64,000 nucleotides of DNA from Eubacteriales bacterium (GCA_045577175.1 JAZNHT010000037.1:19328-83327); one strand, 5' to 3'; numbered from the stretch's first letter, positions 18,472-28,662 are shown. The notes: generated from the letters alone by a model not told the origin. Translations and numbers: made by a program.

Positions 18472-19311
18472 TTATCCGCCGCAGCTTCTGCGCGGCGACT
18501 CCTCGCATGAGCATCCGATCGATGTATCCGCGCACGCGGGCGGACAAAACTCCGCGATCGGAAAACGCATCCGTCGGAACATGCTGCACGGATCGTCCTC
18601 TTCAGCGACCACACATTCCTTTTCGGGAACGCAGTATTCGACCGCGTTGACGAGATACTGCGCAGGTCTCTCCAAACGCACGACGGAGAAAAATCCGAGC
18701 GAGACAAGGAGACGGTTGCAGTTGTCGCAATCAACAAGACGGCAAGGGAGCGAACGGCAAACCGCTTCGGGAATCTCATCTATACTGCACGGACAGCAGC
18801 AGTGATGCTGCGGCTCGACAATCTTGGACGAGAGAACAAGGGGATCCACTGTTTCCAAAACAGCGATCGGCAGATTGCTTGACGCTTCGCACCGTCCCTG
18901 CCCCGGAATCGCACAGAAGCCCGAACAGCCGCCCGTGCTCTTGAATACGCTGACATTCCCTTCGCTTCCGAATAGCACAACCTTCTTTTCCACGACGGCG
19001 ATGCCGCAAAGCTCGCGGATGTTTCCGGGAGACACGCACGCCTCACAGACGATTTTTGTGAAGATGCGGATACTAAGCTGATAAAATCCGCGATTGAACG
19101 GCATTGGATTGATGTCGATATAGGACCACTGTACTTTCGCGCTTTTTACGCGCACCGAGCAGGTATGATCGAGTATATCCTGACCGTCCTCCGTCAGATA
19201 CACACGCACGTCTTCGTAGCAGTCTTTATCCCGACAGCTGTCAAGGACGCGGTATGTATCGATACACACTGTGTCACGGCACGCCGATGCGCTGATTCTG
19301 TTTTCAGCCAT
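18472..19311 (-). CDS. cysteine-rich hypothetical protein (27 Cys in 279 aa)
   Basis: ATG behind GAGGAGG. Cys-dense N-terminus (ACRDTVCIDTYRVLDSCRDKDC), a central HHCCCPC motif and a Cys-dense C-terminus. No TM helix or signal peptide. It has its own leader and terminator. Confidence 0.7.
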   Translation of the reverse strand: MAENRISASACRDTVCIDTYRVLDSCRDKDCYEDVRVYLTEDGQDILDHTCSVRVKSAKVQWSYIDINPMPFNRGFYQLSIRIFTKIVCEACVSPGNIRELCGIAVVEKKVVLFGSEGNVSVFKSTGGCSGFCAIPGQGRCEASSNLPIAVLETVDPLVLSSKIVEPQHHCCCPCSIDEIPEAVCRSLPCRLVDCDNCNRLLVSLGFFSVVRLERPAQYLVNAVEYCVPEKECVVAEEDDPCSMFRRMRFPIAEFCPPACADTSIGCSCEESPRRSCGG

Positions 19312-19380
19312 ATATGCTTTAACCTCCTCTGCATAATTGAGAACAGTTGTCTGTTCTTCTGTACTATCTTATGCAGAGGC

Positions 19381-19411
19381 AAAAAAAATGACAGAGCGTA
19401 CTGCTCTGTCA
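19381..19411 (-). terminator. intrinsic terminator of the mini P-loop gene
   Basis: On the minus strand: TGACAGAGC-agtac-GCTCTGTCA followed by TTTTTTTT. Confidence 0.8.
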
Positions 19412-19426
19412 TTTGTATTTGTGTTT

Positions 19427-19834
19427 TCAGATGTACTTTTTAACAACCTCGGATGCCTCTTCGGCAGGAATGGAGGAGGTCATCACGCAGTTGATGTCGA
19501 GCTTTGTGACAAGAGCATCGACCTTGGCGATGAAATCATCGAACTTAGTGAGGTCGTTTCCGCCGATCTTCAGCGCGGAATCCACGAAAATATCGGTGAC
19601 ATCATGGTTGCTTGCAAGGATGCCCGCGATGAATCCGTAGAAAGCCTCGAGATCGTAAACTGCGTACATATCCGTATCAATCAGTCTGCACTGATATCTA
19701 ATATCGTATGTAAGTTTGTTGCCCTTCTCGATACAGACGACGGAGCCCTCACTCTTGTTGAGCGCGGCGTTGACCATTTCGATGAGCGTTTTGGTTTTGC
19801 CTGTGCCTTTTACCCCAATGATAAGTTTCAGCAT
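19427..19834 (-). CDS. small P-loop NTPase-like protein (135 aa), function unknown
   Basis: Walker A at residues 7-14 (GVKGTGKT). Candidate Walker B CRLIDTD or DIFVDS. RBS GGAGGA. Confidence 0.7.
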   Translation of the reverse strand: MLKLIIGVKGTGKTKTLIEMVNAALNKSEGSVVCIEKGNKLTYDIRYQCRLIDTDMYAVYDLEAFYGFIAGILASNHDVTDIFVDSALKIGGNDLTKFDDFIAKVDALVTKLDINCVMTSSIPAEEASEVVKKYI

Positions 19835-19897
19835 AGAAAAATCCTCCTGATGGAAATTTTACCGATCTTGCCGACCGGCTTTTTACTTTGTAACTAT

Positions 19898-19926
19898 ATT
19901 ATACAGTATTTTTGCGCAGATTTCAA
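19898..19926 (-). promoter_or_regulatory. sigma-A promoter of the mini P-loop gene
   Basis: On the minus strand: -35 TTGAAA (19926-19921), 17-nt spacer, -10 TATAAT (19903-19898). Confidence 0.6.
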
Positions 19927-19971
19927 GTACTTTTGCACAAATTTTTGTGTAAAATTTAATATTTTTTTGGA

Positions 19972-21312
19972 TCAATCCTGCATACGGGACTGCAGAGCGG
20001 CGCGCATCTCTTCATAACCGGGTTTTCCGAGGAGAGCAAACATATTTTTCTTGTATGCCTCAACGCCGGGCTGGTTGAACGGATTCACGCCGAGCAGGTA
20101 ACCGGAAACCGCACAGGCGAGCTCAAAGAAATAGACAACGTGACCGAAGGAATACGCACTGCGGTCCGCGATTTCCAATACGACGTTCGGCACACCGCCG
20201 TCCGTGTGAGCAAACAGGGTGCCGAGCATAGCGGTACGGTTTACATCGTGAAGCTCGGAGCCGGAGAGGAAGTTCAAGCCGTCGATGTTCTCCGGATCGT
20301 TCGGAATCTTCACGGAATCTGCAACGCCGGTGAAATCGAGAACGGTCTCAAAAATGTTGCGGAGACCTTCCTGAATATACTGACCGAGGGAGTGGAGATC
20401 GGTTGAGAAAATGACGGACGCCGGGAAAAGCCCCTTGTTATCCTTGCCCTCGCTCTCGCCGTAGAGCTGCTTCCACCATTCACAGAACATCTGTGCGGAC
20501 GGCTCATAAGCGGCGAGAATTTCCGTGACCTTGCCCTTGCGGTACAGAATATTGCGGATCGCCGCATAGCGGAGACACGCATTCTTGGCGGGATCCTTTT
20601 CACTGTACTGCTCTCTTGCATCGGCGGCTCCCTGCATCATTGCATCAATATCGATACCGGCGCAGGCGATCGGCAGAAGTCCGACAGCGGTGAGAACAGA
20701 ATAACGACCGCCGACATCGTCCGGAACAACGAACGTCTCGTAACCGACCTTGTCGGAAAACTCCTTCAGCGTGCCGCGTGCACGGTCGGTCGTAGCGAAG
20801 ATTCTCTCACGAGCACCGTCTTTGCCGTATTTCTTTTCGAGAAGCTCGCGGAAGATGCGGAAAGTGACAGCCGGCTCGGTCGTCGTGCCGGATTTTGAGA
20901 TGATATTTACGCAAATGTCCTTGCCCTCGCAAATTTTAAGGAGATCGCTGAGTGCGGACGGGCTGATGCTGTTGCCTGCAAAATAGATTGCGGGGGTATC
21001 CTTTGCGAGCGTGTTGTAGAAGGGAGAATGGACAAATTCGATCGCGGCACGTGCGCCGAGATAAGAACCGCCGATGCCGATGACAACAAGAACATCGCAC
21101 ATCTTGCGGATGCGTGCGGCGGCGGCTTTGATGCGGGCGAACTCCTCCTTGTCGTAATCCACAGGAAGATCAACCCAGCCGAGGAAATCGGAGCCTGCGC
21201 CGTTTCGTGCGAGGACTGTTTCATGAGCAGTACGCACCTGTGCCTCCATGGAGGTCATCTCGTGCTCCGCGACGAAGCCCTTCAGGAATTTTTCATTCAG
21301 ATTCAGTGTCAT
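19972..21312 (-). CDS. pgi: glucose-6-phosphate isomerase
   Basis: [13 protein letters not shown] and the family-typical length (446 aa from the internal [12 protein letters not shown]). Confidence 0.92.
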   Translation of the reverse strand: MTLNLNEKFLKGFVAEHEMTSMEAQVRTAHETVLARNGAGSDFLGWVDLPVDYDKEEFARIKAAAARIRKMCDVLVVIGIGGSYLGARAAIEFVHSPFYNTLAKDTPAIYFAGNSISPSALSDLLKICEGKDICVNIISKSGTTTEPAVTFRIFRELLEKKYGKDGARERIFATTDRARGTLKEFSDKVGYETFVVPDDVGGRYSVLTAVGLLPIACAGIDIDAMMQGAADAREQYSEKDPAKNACLRYAAIRNILYRKGKVTEILAAYEPSAQMFCEWWKQLYGESEGKDNKGLFPASVIFSTDLHSLGQYIQEGLRNIFETVLDFTGVADSVKIPNDPENIDGLNFLSGSELHDVNRTAMLGTLFAHTDGGVPNVVLEIADRSAYSFGHVVYFFELACAVSGYLLGVNPFNQPGVEAYKKNMFALLGKPGYEEMRAALQSRMQD

Positions 21313-21445
21313 AGTAATCATCCTTTCGTGCGGTGCGGAAAGCATCACATCGCACAATATTTTATTCTCATATATTATACATTATCAAACCGATGTTTAC
21401 AAGAGATTTTTACATAAAAATCCTCGAAATCCTTGGCAAATAGTC

Positions 21446-22615
21446 TTATTTTATCAGCATAAGACGCGACATTTTGACAAACAGTTCCCAAAATCCGATC
21501 TTCACGACGGATTCTGCGGCAACGATCTCCCCTTCACCGACGGTTTCTTCGCCAATACGGTATACGATTTTGCCGACCACATCCCCTTCTGAAATCGGGG
21601 CGGCTATCTCGTCGGGAATTTGTACCTCAACCGTTACATTTTTCTCCTGTCCCTTCGGGAGCAGTTTCGAAAATCCGTCATAGCGGAGTGTGCACGATTC
21701 ACGGATGCCGCCAAGAACGCGTACCTCCCCGGCGTCAGCCGCAGGATTTGTGTACATAGCGAAATTGGCAAAGCCCCAGTCGAGGAGCTTTTTTGCCATC
21801 TCGTTGCGGATGTCGCGCGTGGGCGCACCCATGATTACGGCAATCAGGTGCAATCCGTCTCGCTTAGCTGTCGCGCTGATGCAGAATTTCGCCTTGGAGG
21901 TTGAGCCGGTTTTTAATCCTGTCGCGCCGCTGTAGAAACGAATCAGGCGATTCGTATTGGAGAGTCCGAACGCGCCGTCACGGATTGTATCCATCCAGAT
22001 CGTGCTGTAATTGAGGATTGTTTCGTGCCGGAGCAGCTCACGCGACATGATTGCAATGTCCTCCGCGCTGATGAGGTGGTTCACCGTATCATCGTCAAGT
22101 CCGCTGACGTTCTCAAAATTCGTGTGCTCCATACCGAGCTCTGCGGCTCGCTCGTTCATCCGTTTTACAAATCCTTCCTCGCTTCCGGCAACCGTCTCCG
22201 CAAGTGCCACCGCGGCATCGTTTGCGGAGGACACTACAACGCTTTTCAGAAGATCCTCCACACTCATCTGCTCGCCCGGCTCGAGATACACCTGCGATCC
22301 GCCCATCGATGCGGCGTATTCGCTCACACTTACCGTATCGGAGAGCGACATTCTGCCGCTGTCGATTGCCTCCATCACGAGCAAAAGCGTCATTATTTTT
22401 GTGACCGATGCAGGGGGCAGTGCCTCATCCGCGTTTTTGGCGTAAAGAATCTGCCCGGTTTCTGCATCCATCAACACAGCGGCGCGTGCGTCCACGTCGA
22501 ACGGTGCATTCTCCGAGCTGTCTGAAGGCGATCCGCTGACAGTGTGCGGCATACACAGGCAAAGTGCGAGTGCTGCCGAAGCGATACTCTTAATAAGGCG
22601 TTTTCCAATACTCAT
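21446..22615 (-). CDS. D-alanyl-D-alanine carboxypeptidase (S11, PBP5-type)
   Basis: SxxK (SVTKIMT), SxN (SSAND) and KTG (LKTGST) motifs. Signal peptide and a C-terminal beta domain. Confidence 0.9.
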   Translation of the reverse strand: MSIGKRLIKSIASAALALCLCMPHTVSGSPSDSSENAPFDVDARAAVLMDAETGQILYAKNADEALPPASVTKIMTLLLVMEAIDSGRMSLSDTVSVSEYAASMGGSQVYLEPGEQMSVEDLLKSVVVSSANDAAVALAETVAGSEEGFVKRMNERAAELGMEHTNFENVSGLDDDTVNHLISAEDIAIMSRELLRHETILNYSTIWMDTIRDGAFGLSNTNRLIRFYSGATGLKTGSTSKAKFCISATAKRDGLHLIAVIMGAPTRDIRNEMAKKLLDWGFANFAMYTNPAADAGEVRVLGGIRESCTLRYDGFSKLLPKGQEKNVTVEVQIPDEIAAPISEGDVVGKIVYRIGEETVGEGEIVAAESVVKIGFWELFVKMSRLMLIK

Positions 22616-22708
22616 GCTTTATCTCCGTTTGTCCGTATTTTGTACTATGTATACGCATGAGGATGTCCGCATATGCCGTATGATGCCTATCGAATATTGT
22701 AAATCATC

Positions 22709-22737
22709 TTGTTTTTTTCGTTCGGATGTGGTATACT
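22709..22737 (+). promoter_or_regulatory. candidate pcrA promoter with extended -10
   Basis: -35 TTGTTT (22709-22714) and TGgTATACT (22729-22737). Confidence 0.4.
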
Positions 22738-22774
22738 GTTATATTGATAAATTTGACGGAGACGAATAGGAATC

Positions 22775-25210
22775 ATGACTGAAACGACACATTTTAAAGA
22801 GGAATATCTGCGCTGTAAACGAGCACTGTTCGATAAGTATTACGGTCATTTGAACGATATGCAGAGACAGGCGGTTTATACCGTGAACGGTCCTCTGCTC
22901 ATTCTTGCGGGTGCAGGAAGCGGAAAAACCACCGTTCTTGTCAACCGCATTGAGTATATCATCCGATACGGAAACGCGGTGGAAAGTGGACTTGCACCTA
23001 CCGAAATAACCGAAGAAATGCTCTGCGAGATGAAAAACGCACTCACCCTTCCCCGCGCGGAGCTTGGCGAGTATCTCGAACGGTTCGCGGTCAATCCGCC
23101 GCCGGCATGGACGGTGCTGGCGATCACATTCACGAACAAGGCGGCGAACGAAATCAAAAGCCGAATTGCCGCGGCATTCGGTGAGGAGAGCCGCGAGGCT
23201 TCCGACATATGGGCGGGCACGTTCCACTCCGTTTGCATGCGCCTGCTCCGCCGCTGGGGAGACAAGGTCGGCTACGGTGACAATTTCGGCGTGTGCGATA
23301 CGGACGACGCAAAAAAACTCATCAGTGCGTGCATGAAGCAGCTGAATATCGACGAAAAACAGCTCGCTGTCAAATCGGTTATGAACACGATCAGCCGTGC
23401 GAAGGATCGCCTGCTTACACCTGAAATGTTTGCGCAGGAGGCAGGAACGGATTTCAAGCTGAAGCAGACCGCGAAAATCTACGCGCTGTATCAGGAACGG
23501 CTGAAATCGTCCAATCTGCTCGATTTCGACGACATCATCATGCAGACGGTGCGCCTTCTTGCCGAGTGTGAGGAAGCAAGAGAGAATATCCAGAACCGCT
23601 TCCGCTACATCTGCGTGGATGAGTATCAGGACACGAACAAGGCACAGCTCACGCTGACGCTTCTTTTGTCGGGTAAGTACAACAACATCATGGTTGTCGG
23701 GGATGACGATCAGAGTATTTACAAATTCCGCGGTGCAACGATCGAGAACATTCTGAACTTCGAATCGACGTGCAAGGGTGCCCGGGTTGTAAAGTTGGAG
23801 CAAAACTACCGATCCACAAAGACGATTCTTGATGCCGCAAACGGCGTGATCGCGCGCAACACGACACGGCATGATAAAAAGCTGTGGACGAACGGCGAGA
23901 CAGGCGAAAAGATTACGCTGAAAAAGCTCGGCAATCAGAATGATGAGGCGCGCTACATATGCGATCAGGTGCTTTCGGGAATCCGCAAGCAGCAGGCGAC
24001 GTACCGCGATTACGCCGTTCTCTACCGCACGAATGCGCAGTCTCGCTCTCTGGAGCAGGCGTTCACGAAAAGCGGTATTCCCTACCGTATGCTGGGCGGC
24101 ACGCGATTCTATGACCGCCTCGAGATTCGCGACGTGCTGGCGTATCTGTGCATCATCAATAACCCCCTGGACGATCTCCGTCTGAAGCGAATCATCAACG
24201 TACCGAAGCGCGGCATCGGCGATAAATCCGCAGCAACTGCCGAGGCGATGGCGGTCGCAAGCGGTTATCCGCTTTTGCAGTTCATCCGCCACGCGCAGGA
24301 TTACAAGGCAATCCCCGCGTCTGCGGCTAAGAGCATGGAGGAGCTTGCGGTGCTGATTGAAAATCTCCGTGCAGACGCACTGGAGAAGCCCGTATCCGAG
24401 CTGATCCGAAGCGTTGTCGAGATCACGGGCTACGGCAAAATGCTCGCCGCGGCGGGCGAAGAAGAAGCCGACCGTCTTGACAACATCGGCGAGCTTATCT
24501 CCTCCGCCGCACAGTACGAGCAGACGAGCGAAACACCGACACTTTCCGGATTTCTGGAGGATGTCGCGCTCGTTTCCGATGTGGACAAGTACGATGAAAC
24601 CGCCGACGCGGTTGTTCTTATGACGATCCACAGCGCAAAAGGACTGGAGTTCCCGATCGTTTTCCTGCCCGGCATGGAGGAAGGGCTCTTCCCCGGACGG
24701 CAGTCGATCATGCAGCCGGAGGAAATCGAGGAGGAACGCCGTCTTGCCTACGTTGCGCTGACTCGTGCGAAGAAAAAGCTGTACATCACGCACGTACACG
24801 ACCGAATGCTTAACGGCTCCACACAGATGAATCCGCTGTCCCGCTTCGCGGAGGAAATTCCGCCCGAGCTGGTAGATGAGCAGGCGGATACGTTCGGTGC
24901 ACCCGTGAAAAAGGTGTCCTTCGGTCAGTCGGGAGCATCGGGCGGATTCGGTACATCCTCCTACGGCGGATATAAAAAACCGTCATTCCCGGGTGCGTCA
25001 CGTCCGTCATCTGCCCCACGTGCACCGCAGAGAGCCGCAACACCTCAGTTTGCCGCAGGAGATCGCGTAAAGCATGGCACGTTCGGCGTTGGAACGATTC
25101 TTTCCGTTCGTGCGATGGGCTCGGATACGCTTTATGAGATCGCCTTTGACACGGCGGGGACGAAAAAACTGATGGCAACGTATGCGAAACTTGCGAAATC
25201 CGAGGAATAA
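22775..25210 (+). CDS. pcrA: ATP-dependent DNA helicase PcrA (UvrD family)
   Basis: Walker A AGAGSGKTT, motif II VDEYQDTN, and a C-terminal GDRVKHGTFGVGTI Tudor-like tail. Confidence 0.92.
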   Translation: MTETTHFKEEYLRCKRALFDKYYGHLNDMQRQAVYTVNGPLLILAGAGSGKTTVLVNRIEYIIRYGNAVESGLAPTEITEEMLCEMKNALTLPRAELGEYLERFAVNPPPAWTVLAITFTNKAANEIKSRIAAAFGEESREASDIWAGTFHSVCMRLLRRWGDKVGYGDNFGVCDTDDAKKLISACMKQLNIDEKQLAVKSVMNTISRAKDRLLTPEMFAQEAGTDFKLKQTAKIYALYQERLKSSNLLDFDDIIMQTVRLLAECEEARENIQNRFRYICVDEYQDTNKAQLTLTLLLSGKYNNIMVVGDDDQSIYKFRGATIENILNFESTCKGARVVKLEQNYRSTKTILDAANGVIARNTTRHDKKLWTNGETGEKITLKKLGNQNDEARYICDQVLSGIRKQQATYRDYAVLYRTNAQSRSLEQAFTKSGIPYRMLGGTRFYDRLEIRDVLAYLCIINNPLDDLRLKRIINVPKRGIGDKSAATAEAMAVASGYPLLQFIRHAQDYKAIPASAAKSMEELAVLIENLRADALEKPVSELIRSVVEITGYGKMLAAAGEEEADRLDNIGELISSAAQYEQTSETPTLSGFLEDVALVSDVDKYDETADAVVLMTIHSAKGLEFPIVFLPGMEEGLFPGRQSIMQPEEIEEERRLAYVALTRAKKKLYITHVHDRMLNGSTQMNPLSRFAEEIPPELVDEQADTFGAPVKKVSFGQSGASGGFGTSSYGGYKKPSFPGASRPSSAPRAPQRAATPQFAAGDRVKHGTFGVGTILSVRAMGSDTLYEIAFDTAGTKKLMATYAKLAKSEE

Positions 25211-25294
25211 TCGCAAAAAATCCCGAAAACATTTGACATTTGAGCCGCTTTGCGGTACAATAATTACATATTCTTATTATTTGGAGTTTGAAAC

Positions 25295-26731
25295 ATGAGC
25301 GAGAAGAAAATGGTAGAGCAGATCACGTCTATGGACGTTGATTTTGCACAGTGGTACACCGACATCTGCCTGAAAGCGGATCTGATCGATTATTCCAGCG
25401 TAAAGGGCTGTATGATTATCCGCCCCTACGGATATGCGATCTGGGAGAATATCCAGAAAATCCTTGACACGCGTTTCAAGGAGCTCGGACACGAGAATGT
25501 ATACATGCCGATGTTCATTCCCGAGTCCCTTCTGAATAAAGAAAAGGATCACGTGGAGGGATTTGCGCCCGAGGTTGCATGGGTAACGCACGGCGGCAGC
25601 GAGCCGCTTACGGAACGCCTTTGCGTGCGCCCGACCTCCGAGACGCTTTTCTGCGAGCATTATCAGCATATTATCCGTTCCTACCGCGACCTGCCGAAGC
25701 TGTATAACCAGTGGTGCTCCGTCGTCCGTTGGGAGAAAACAACCCGTCCGTTCCTCAGAAGCCGCGAATTTCTGTGGCAGGAGGGACACACGATGCACGC
25801 AACCGCCGAGGAAGCACGCGCAGAAACCGTGCAGATGCTGAACGTCTACGCCGATTTCCACGAAAACGATCTTGCCATCCCGGTTGTCAAGGGTGCTAAG
25901 ACGCCGAGCGACAAGTTTGCAGGTGCTGAGGATACCTACGCTATCGAAGCACTGATGCACGACGGTAAGGCACTGCAGGCGGCTACCTCCCATTATTTCG
26001 GTGACGGCTTCGCCCGCGCATTCGACATCACCTACTCCGACAAGAACAACAAGCTCGTTCACCCCTTCCAGACCTCGTGGGGATGCACTACCCGTATGAT
26101 CGGCGGCATTATCATGACGCACGGTGACGAGAACGGTCTTGTTCTGCCGCCGGCTGTCGCACCTATCCAGGCAGTTGTCATTCCCGTTGCGGCACACAAG
26201 CCGGGCGTAATCGAAGCGGCAACCGATATTGCTGACCGCATCAAAGCGGCTGGCGTTCGCGTGAAACTCGACGACAGCGATAACTCCCCCGGATGGAAAT
26301 ATGCGGAATACGAAATGAAGGGCGTACCGCTTCGTATCGAGATCGGTCCGCGCGATCTGGAGGCAGGACAGTGCGTGATCGTCACCCGCCACAACCGCGA
26401 AAAGACAATCGTGCCGCTTGCCGATCTGGAAACGGCTGTTAAGGAGAAATTGCAGGTTGTCCGCGACGGTATGTATGCGAAGGCACTGGCTAACCGTGCG
26501 GCACGCACCTACGACTGCAAGACCATCGATGAGATCAACGAAAAGCTGACCGCCGGTGACGGCTTTATCCGCGCGATGTGGTGCGGTGATGAAGCATGTG
26601 AAGATAAGGTCAAAGAGGAGACCGGTGTCGGCTCCCGTTGTGTTCCGCTTGAGCAGGAAACGATCAGTGATGTCTGCGTATGCTGCGGACGTCCCGCAAA
26701 GCAGCTCGTTTTCTGGGGCAAGGCATACTGA
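25295..26731 (+). CDS. proS: proline--tRNA ligase (short, archaeal/eukaryote-like type)
   Basis: 478 aa with class II motifs (RPTSET, FLWQEGH) and a C-terminal Zn-binding CxxC...CxxC region. Confidence 0.9.
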   Translation: MSEKKMVEQITSMDVDFAQWYTDICLKADLIDYSSVKGCMIIRPYGYAIWENIQKILDTRFKELGHENVYMPMFIPESLLNKEKDHVEGFAPEVAWVTHGGSEPLTERLCVRPTSETLFCEHYQHIIRSYRDLPKLYNQWCSVVRWEKTTRPFLRSREFLWQEGHTMHATAEEARAETVQMLNVYADFHENDLAIPVVKGAKTPSDKFAGAEDTYAIEALMHDGKALQAATSHYFGDGFARAFDITYSDKNNKLVHPFQTSWGCTTRMIGGIIMTHGDENGLVLPPAVAPIQAVVIPVAAHKPGVIEAATDIADRIKAAGVRVKLDDSDNSPGWKYAEYEMKGVPLRIEIGPRDLEAGQCVIVTRHNREKTIVPLADLETAVKEKLQVVRDGMYAKALANRAARTYDCKTIDEINEKLTAGDGFIRAMWCGDEACEDKVKEETGVGSRCVPLEQETISDVCVCCGRPAKQLVFWGKAY

Positions 26732-26752
26732 TTCAGCAGATACGGTAACACT

Positions 26753-27886
26753 ATGAAAGAGTTTTCAGTATCCTTCAAAGAAAAAATCCGCCGCATTGAT
26801 TATGTAATCCTTCTCTGCGCGCTTGGCATGGCAGCTTTGGGCATACTGACTCTTTCAGGCATAGCCGAAGACAGCGCAGGAGGCGCGAGACGAGTGCTCG
26901 TTCAAACGGCGGCACTCTGTCTCGGCATATTCTGCGCTTTTCTCATTTCCATGGTGGATTACGATGAATTTCTGAGAAAGCTCGCCCTGCCGATCTTTAT
27001 CGGATCGGTTGCCGCGATGATTGTCACCTTGATAATCGGCACAGGTCCTGAGGGGAGCACGAACAAATGCTGGATTGAAATTCCGGGGCTCATCAGCATA
27101 CAAACATCCGAGTTTGTAAAGATTTTCTTCGTTCTCACCTTTGCCAAGCATATAGACAAGGTTAAGAAAAAAATCAACCATCCGTTATCCGTTCTTTCGC
27201 TCGGATTCCACGGCGGATTGATTACTGTCTTGGTCCTTGCCACGGGCGACCTCGGCTCGGCTCTTGTTTTTGCCGCAATCCTCGTTTGTATGCTTTTCAT
27301 CGGCGGTCTGTCTCTTTGGTATTTTGTCGGTGCGATCGTTCTTGCTGTTGCGGCGTTTCCGTACCTGTGGCCGCAGCTTGCCGAATATCAGCAGCAGAGA
27401 ATCCTCGTTGGATTTGATCCGACACTCGATCCGCTTGTGTACGGCTATCAGCCGCTGAAGAGTCTCGCTACGATTGCCGCCGGCGGATTCCGCGGTGCCG
27501 GTTACGGGGGCGGCACGTACTACACGTCGATACCGAAGTACTATACCGACTTTATTTTCTCCGTTGTCGCGGAAAAATTCGGCTTCTTCGGCGTGTTTCT
27601 GTACATAGCACTGATGGCGGTGCTCATCTGCCGGATTCTTTGGCTGGCGCGGAAAGCACGCAAGGATTGCGGATCCAATATCTGTGTCGGAATTGCCGCG
27701 ATTCTGATTGCACAGTCGCTGGAGAACATCGGCATGTGCCTTGGCATGCTGCCCGTCGTCGGCATCACACTTCCCTTCCTCAGCTACGGCGGATCGTCCA
27801 TGCTGTCATCATTCCTCTGCATTGGCGTTCTGCAAAGCGTGGCAACACACAATCATAAGTATTATTTCGAAAGAGAAAATGCATAA
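26753..27886 (+). CDS. FtsW/RodA/SpoVE family peptidoglycan glycosyltransferase
   Basis: About 10 TM segments and the C-terminal GITLPFLSYGGSSML motif. Confidence 0.88.
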   Translation: MKEFSVSFKEKIRRIDYVILLCALGMAALGILTLSGIAEDSAGGARRVLVQTAALCLGIFCAFLISMVDYDEFLRKLALPIFIGSVAAMIVTLIIGTGPEGSTNKCWIEIPGLISIQTSEFVKIFFVLTFAKHIDKVKKKINHPLSVLSLGFHGGLITVLVLATGDLGSALVFAAILVCMLFIGGLSLWYFVGAIVLAVAAFPYLWPQLAEYQQQRILVGFDPTLDPLVYGYQPLKSLATIAAGGFRGAGYGGGTYYTSIPKYYTDFIFSVVAEKFGFFGVFLYIALMAVLICRILWLARKARKDCGSNICVGIAAILIAQSLENIGMCLGMLPVVGITLPFLSYGGSSMLSSFLCIGVLQSVATHNHKYYFERENA

Positions 27887-27918
27887 GAAAAGGACTGATT
27901 AATTATACAGTCCTTTTC
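27887..27918. terminator. bidirectional intrinsic terminator
   Basis: GAAAAGGACTG-attaattata-CAGTCCTTTTC. Confidence 0.75.
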
Positions 27919-27924
27919 TTCATT

Positions 27925-28662
27925 TCACACGTCAACAATCAGAGCGGAAACATCCCCGGCAGGAGTCTCATCTCGAATCTCTCCGCATTGGAAATGTACA
28001 CAACCGCCTTTTGCTTTACATTCAAACTCCGTTGTAACGCAAAATGGATTGACTAAAAGTACATTTTTACCGCACAATGCCGCCTGTGCTGCATATTCGT
28101 ATTTCTCACTGCTGTTCCATTTCTCCGACTGATAATCACACCATACCGGCCACAAAACAACATCCGGTTCCAGTGACGCTATTTCTTCCAGCTTACCGTC
28201 TGTCCACAAATCACCACATAACCCTATAGTGAAACATCTTGATTTATATTTAAATTTTGAAAAATGTTTTCCCTCACGGTAATGACTGTCCGCTTTCGAA
28301 CAGTCTTTCCAGCCGACAGAGACGCGACGAAATAAATTGCAAATCTCGCCGTCAGCACCGATGAAAATTTGACTGCTGTATATCACTTCATCTACCCGTT
28401 CATAAAACCCGAAGCAAAGTGCAATTTGATTTTCTTTCGCACTTTCGCGCATTATTTGGATTTGAGGTGAGTCGAGACAAACAGCGATTTCTTTATCCGA
28501 TTCGTAGTCCCAAGATAAGGCATCAAATCCGTGCAAAGCGGCTTCACCAAAGAGTATCAGATCTGCTTTTCCGCCGTACCGTTTTGCATATAGACACATT
28601 GTTTTTATATTTGCATCTATTGCTCCGTTTGTAACCGGGGCGGATGCAAGAACAATTTTCAT
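27925..28662 (-). CDS. carbon-nitrogen hydrolase (nitrilase superfamily) protein
   Basis: Catalytic-type motifs LILFGEAAL (Glu) and IGLCGDLW (Cys). The start is set at MKIVLAS behind AGAGG. The gene is markedly more AT-rich than its neighbours. Confidence 0.75.
   Translation of the reverse strand: MKIVLASAPVTNGAIDANIKTMCLYAKRYGGKADLILFGEAALHGFDALSWDYESDKEIAVCLDSPQIQIMRESAKENQIALCFGFYERVDEVIYSSQIFIGADGEICNLFRRVSVGWKDCSKADSHYREGKHFSKFKYKSRCFTIGLCGDLWTDGKLEEIASLEPDVVLWPVWCDYQSEKWNSSEKYEYAAQAALCGKNVLLVNPFCVTTEFECKAKGGCVHFQCGEIRDETPAGDVSALIVDV

Noticed and set aside
19312-19380. Sigma-K/sigma-E promoter for the Cys-rich gene
   Set aside because: Only the -10-like word CATAagaTA is present. The expected -35 (AC for sigma-K, or ATATT at the right spacing for sigma-E) is not. 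It is mentioned as a weak hint in the finding and is not annotated.
22739-24799. 686-codon minus-strand ORF opposite pcrA. Similar long antisense ORFs lie at 56243-58321 (opposite lon), 28785-30149 (opposite pfp), 59006-60394 (opposite lysA), 25277-26392 (opposite proS), 35287-36369 (opposite the topoisomerase), 9393-10331 and 11188-12213 (opposite argG/argH), 549-1652, 13489-14418 and 14337-15146
   Set aside because: All of them lie opposite genes with unambiguous motifs. The ones I checked (pcrA and lon) are codon-aligned shadow frames. The translations are Arg/Cys/His-rich without recognisable domains. This is a consequence of GC3-biased codon usage, not overlapping genes.
25211-25294. Possible T-box leaders upstream of proS (and of metG at 48889-49004)
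   Set aside because: The leaders are only 84 and 116 nt, too short for a T-box (typically over 200 nt). I could not find a T-box core sequence or a terminator/antiterminator pair.
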